The translations under genes were made by a program, and so were the position numbers. Of a stretch of 64,000 nt of DNA, positions 63,590-64,000 are shown piece after piece. Below the pieces are notes generated by a model. It searched no databases. It had not been told where the DNA came from and saw only the letters and a list, made by a program, of their open reading frames with translations. The DNA lies in NCBI RefSeq assembly GCF_963921235.1, contig NC_086108.1, forward strand, positions 27,096,001 to 27,160,000. The letters are read 5' to 3'. Every line of letters starts with the position of its first letter. Position 1 is the first letter of the stretch. This stretch comes from Mobula hypostoma (lineage: Eukaryota).

Positions 63590-64000
63590 CTCCTCATCTG
63601 GGCAGGAATATTACACTATTAGATCATTCAACCATGCCAAAACACATCAGATCTTGATACCAAGCAAATTACAGAAAAATGTCAACAATAAGAAACTTAC
63701 AAACAAATACTCATGGAGATGACTTACATCAGGGTATTTCAAGATTATTTCATCATATCCTTTCATAGTACTTCATAATTTTGTAAACTTACATGGTAGT
63801 GGGGAGAGGTGTGCCCATAATATATTAGGCTGAGTCCACCACTCTCAGCAGCTTCCTATGTTCTTCTGCATTGGAAAATCCATACCAGAGTACGATGCAA
63901 CAAGTCAGATAATTGTAGCTGGGCTTCAATGTGATAATGCAAAAACCTTTGGCTGTTCACCCTCCCCAGTGAGAAATTTCTGCATTCACTCAGAGACATC
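63590..64000 (-). mobile_element. Decayed CR1 fragments
   Basis: Eroded RT and ORF1 motifs. Confidence 0.5.

Noticed and set aside
1..64000. Immunoglobulin/TCR segments with recombination signal sequences
   Set aside because: Isolated CACAGTG/CACTGTG heptamers occur, but I saw no properly spaced nonamer or V/J coding sequence.

Overview
Repeat-dominated eukaryotic genomic DNA. The repeat repertoire (CR1, Rex1/Babar, L2, V-SINE/DeuSINE-like, Neptune-type Penelope, Gmr1-like Gypsy, fish-type L1) suggests a vertebrate, most likely a cartilaginous fish; this is inference, not a database result. I could not support any host protein-coding exon, rRNA, tRNA gene or CRISPR array. Main contents: (1) a CR1-in-CR1 nest at 4.3-11.6 kb carrying three younger inserts, including a head-to-head inverted Penelope with a 14-bp TSD; (2) a four-level nest at 15.0-29.2 kb, CR1 > Gmr1-like Gypsy > Penelope > near-intact full-length L1 with a 12-bp TSD; (3) a Tc1 remnant split by a young CR1; (4) a >=7 kb 36-bp minisatellite with a 200-N gap, apparently amplified from inside a CR1 3' end; (5) an old ~1.2 kb inverted duplication (12.45-13.7 kb vs 49.26-50.48 kb) with an identical RFX X-box; (6) minimal type I hammerhead ribozyme motifs in the Penelope 3' ends; (7) Harbinger and Tc1-like MITEs, an RTE-like non-autonomous element sharing its 3' part with a tRNA-SINE, and a solo LTR. 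I found no convincing wholly new biological system. The best leads are the CR1-born minisatellite, the hammerhead-bearing inverted Penelope and the X-box duplication. Boundaries of old repeats are approximate (tens of bp).
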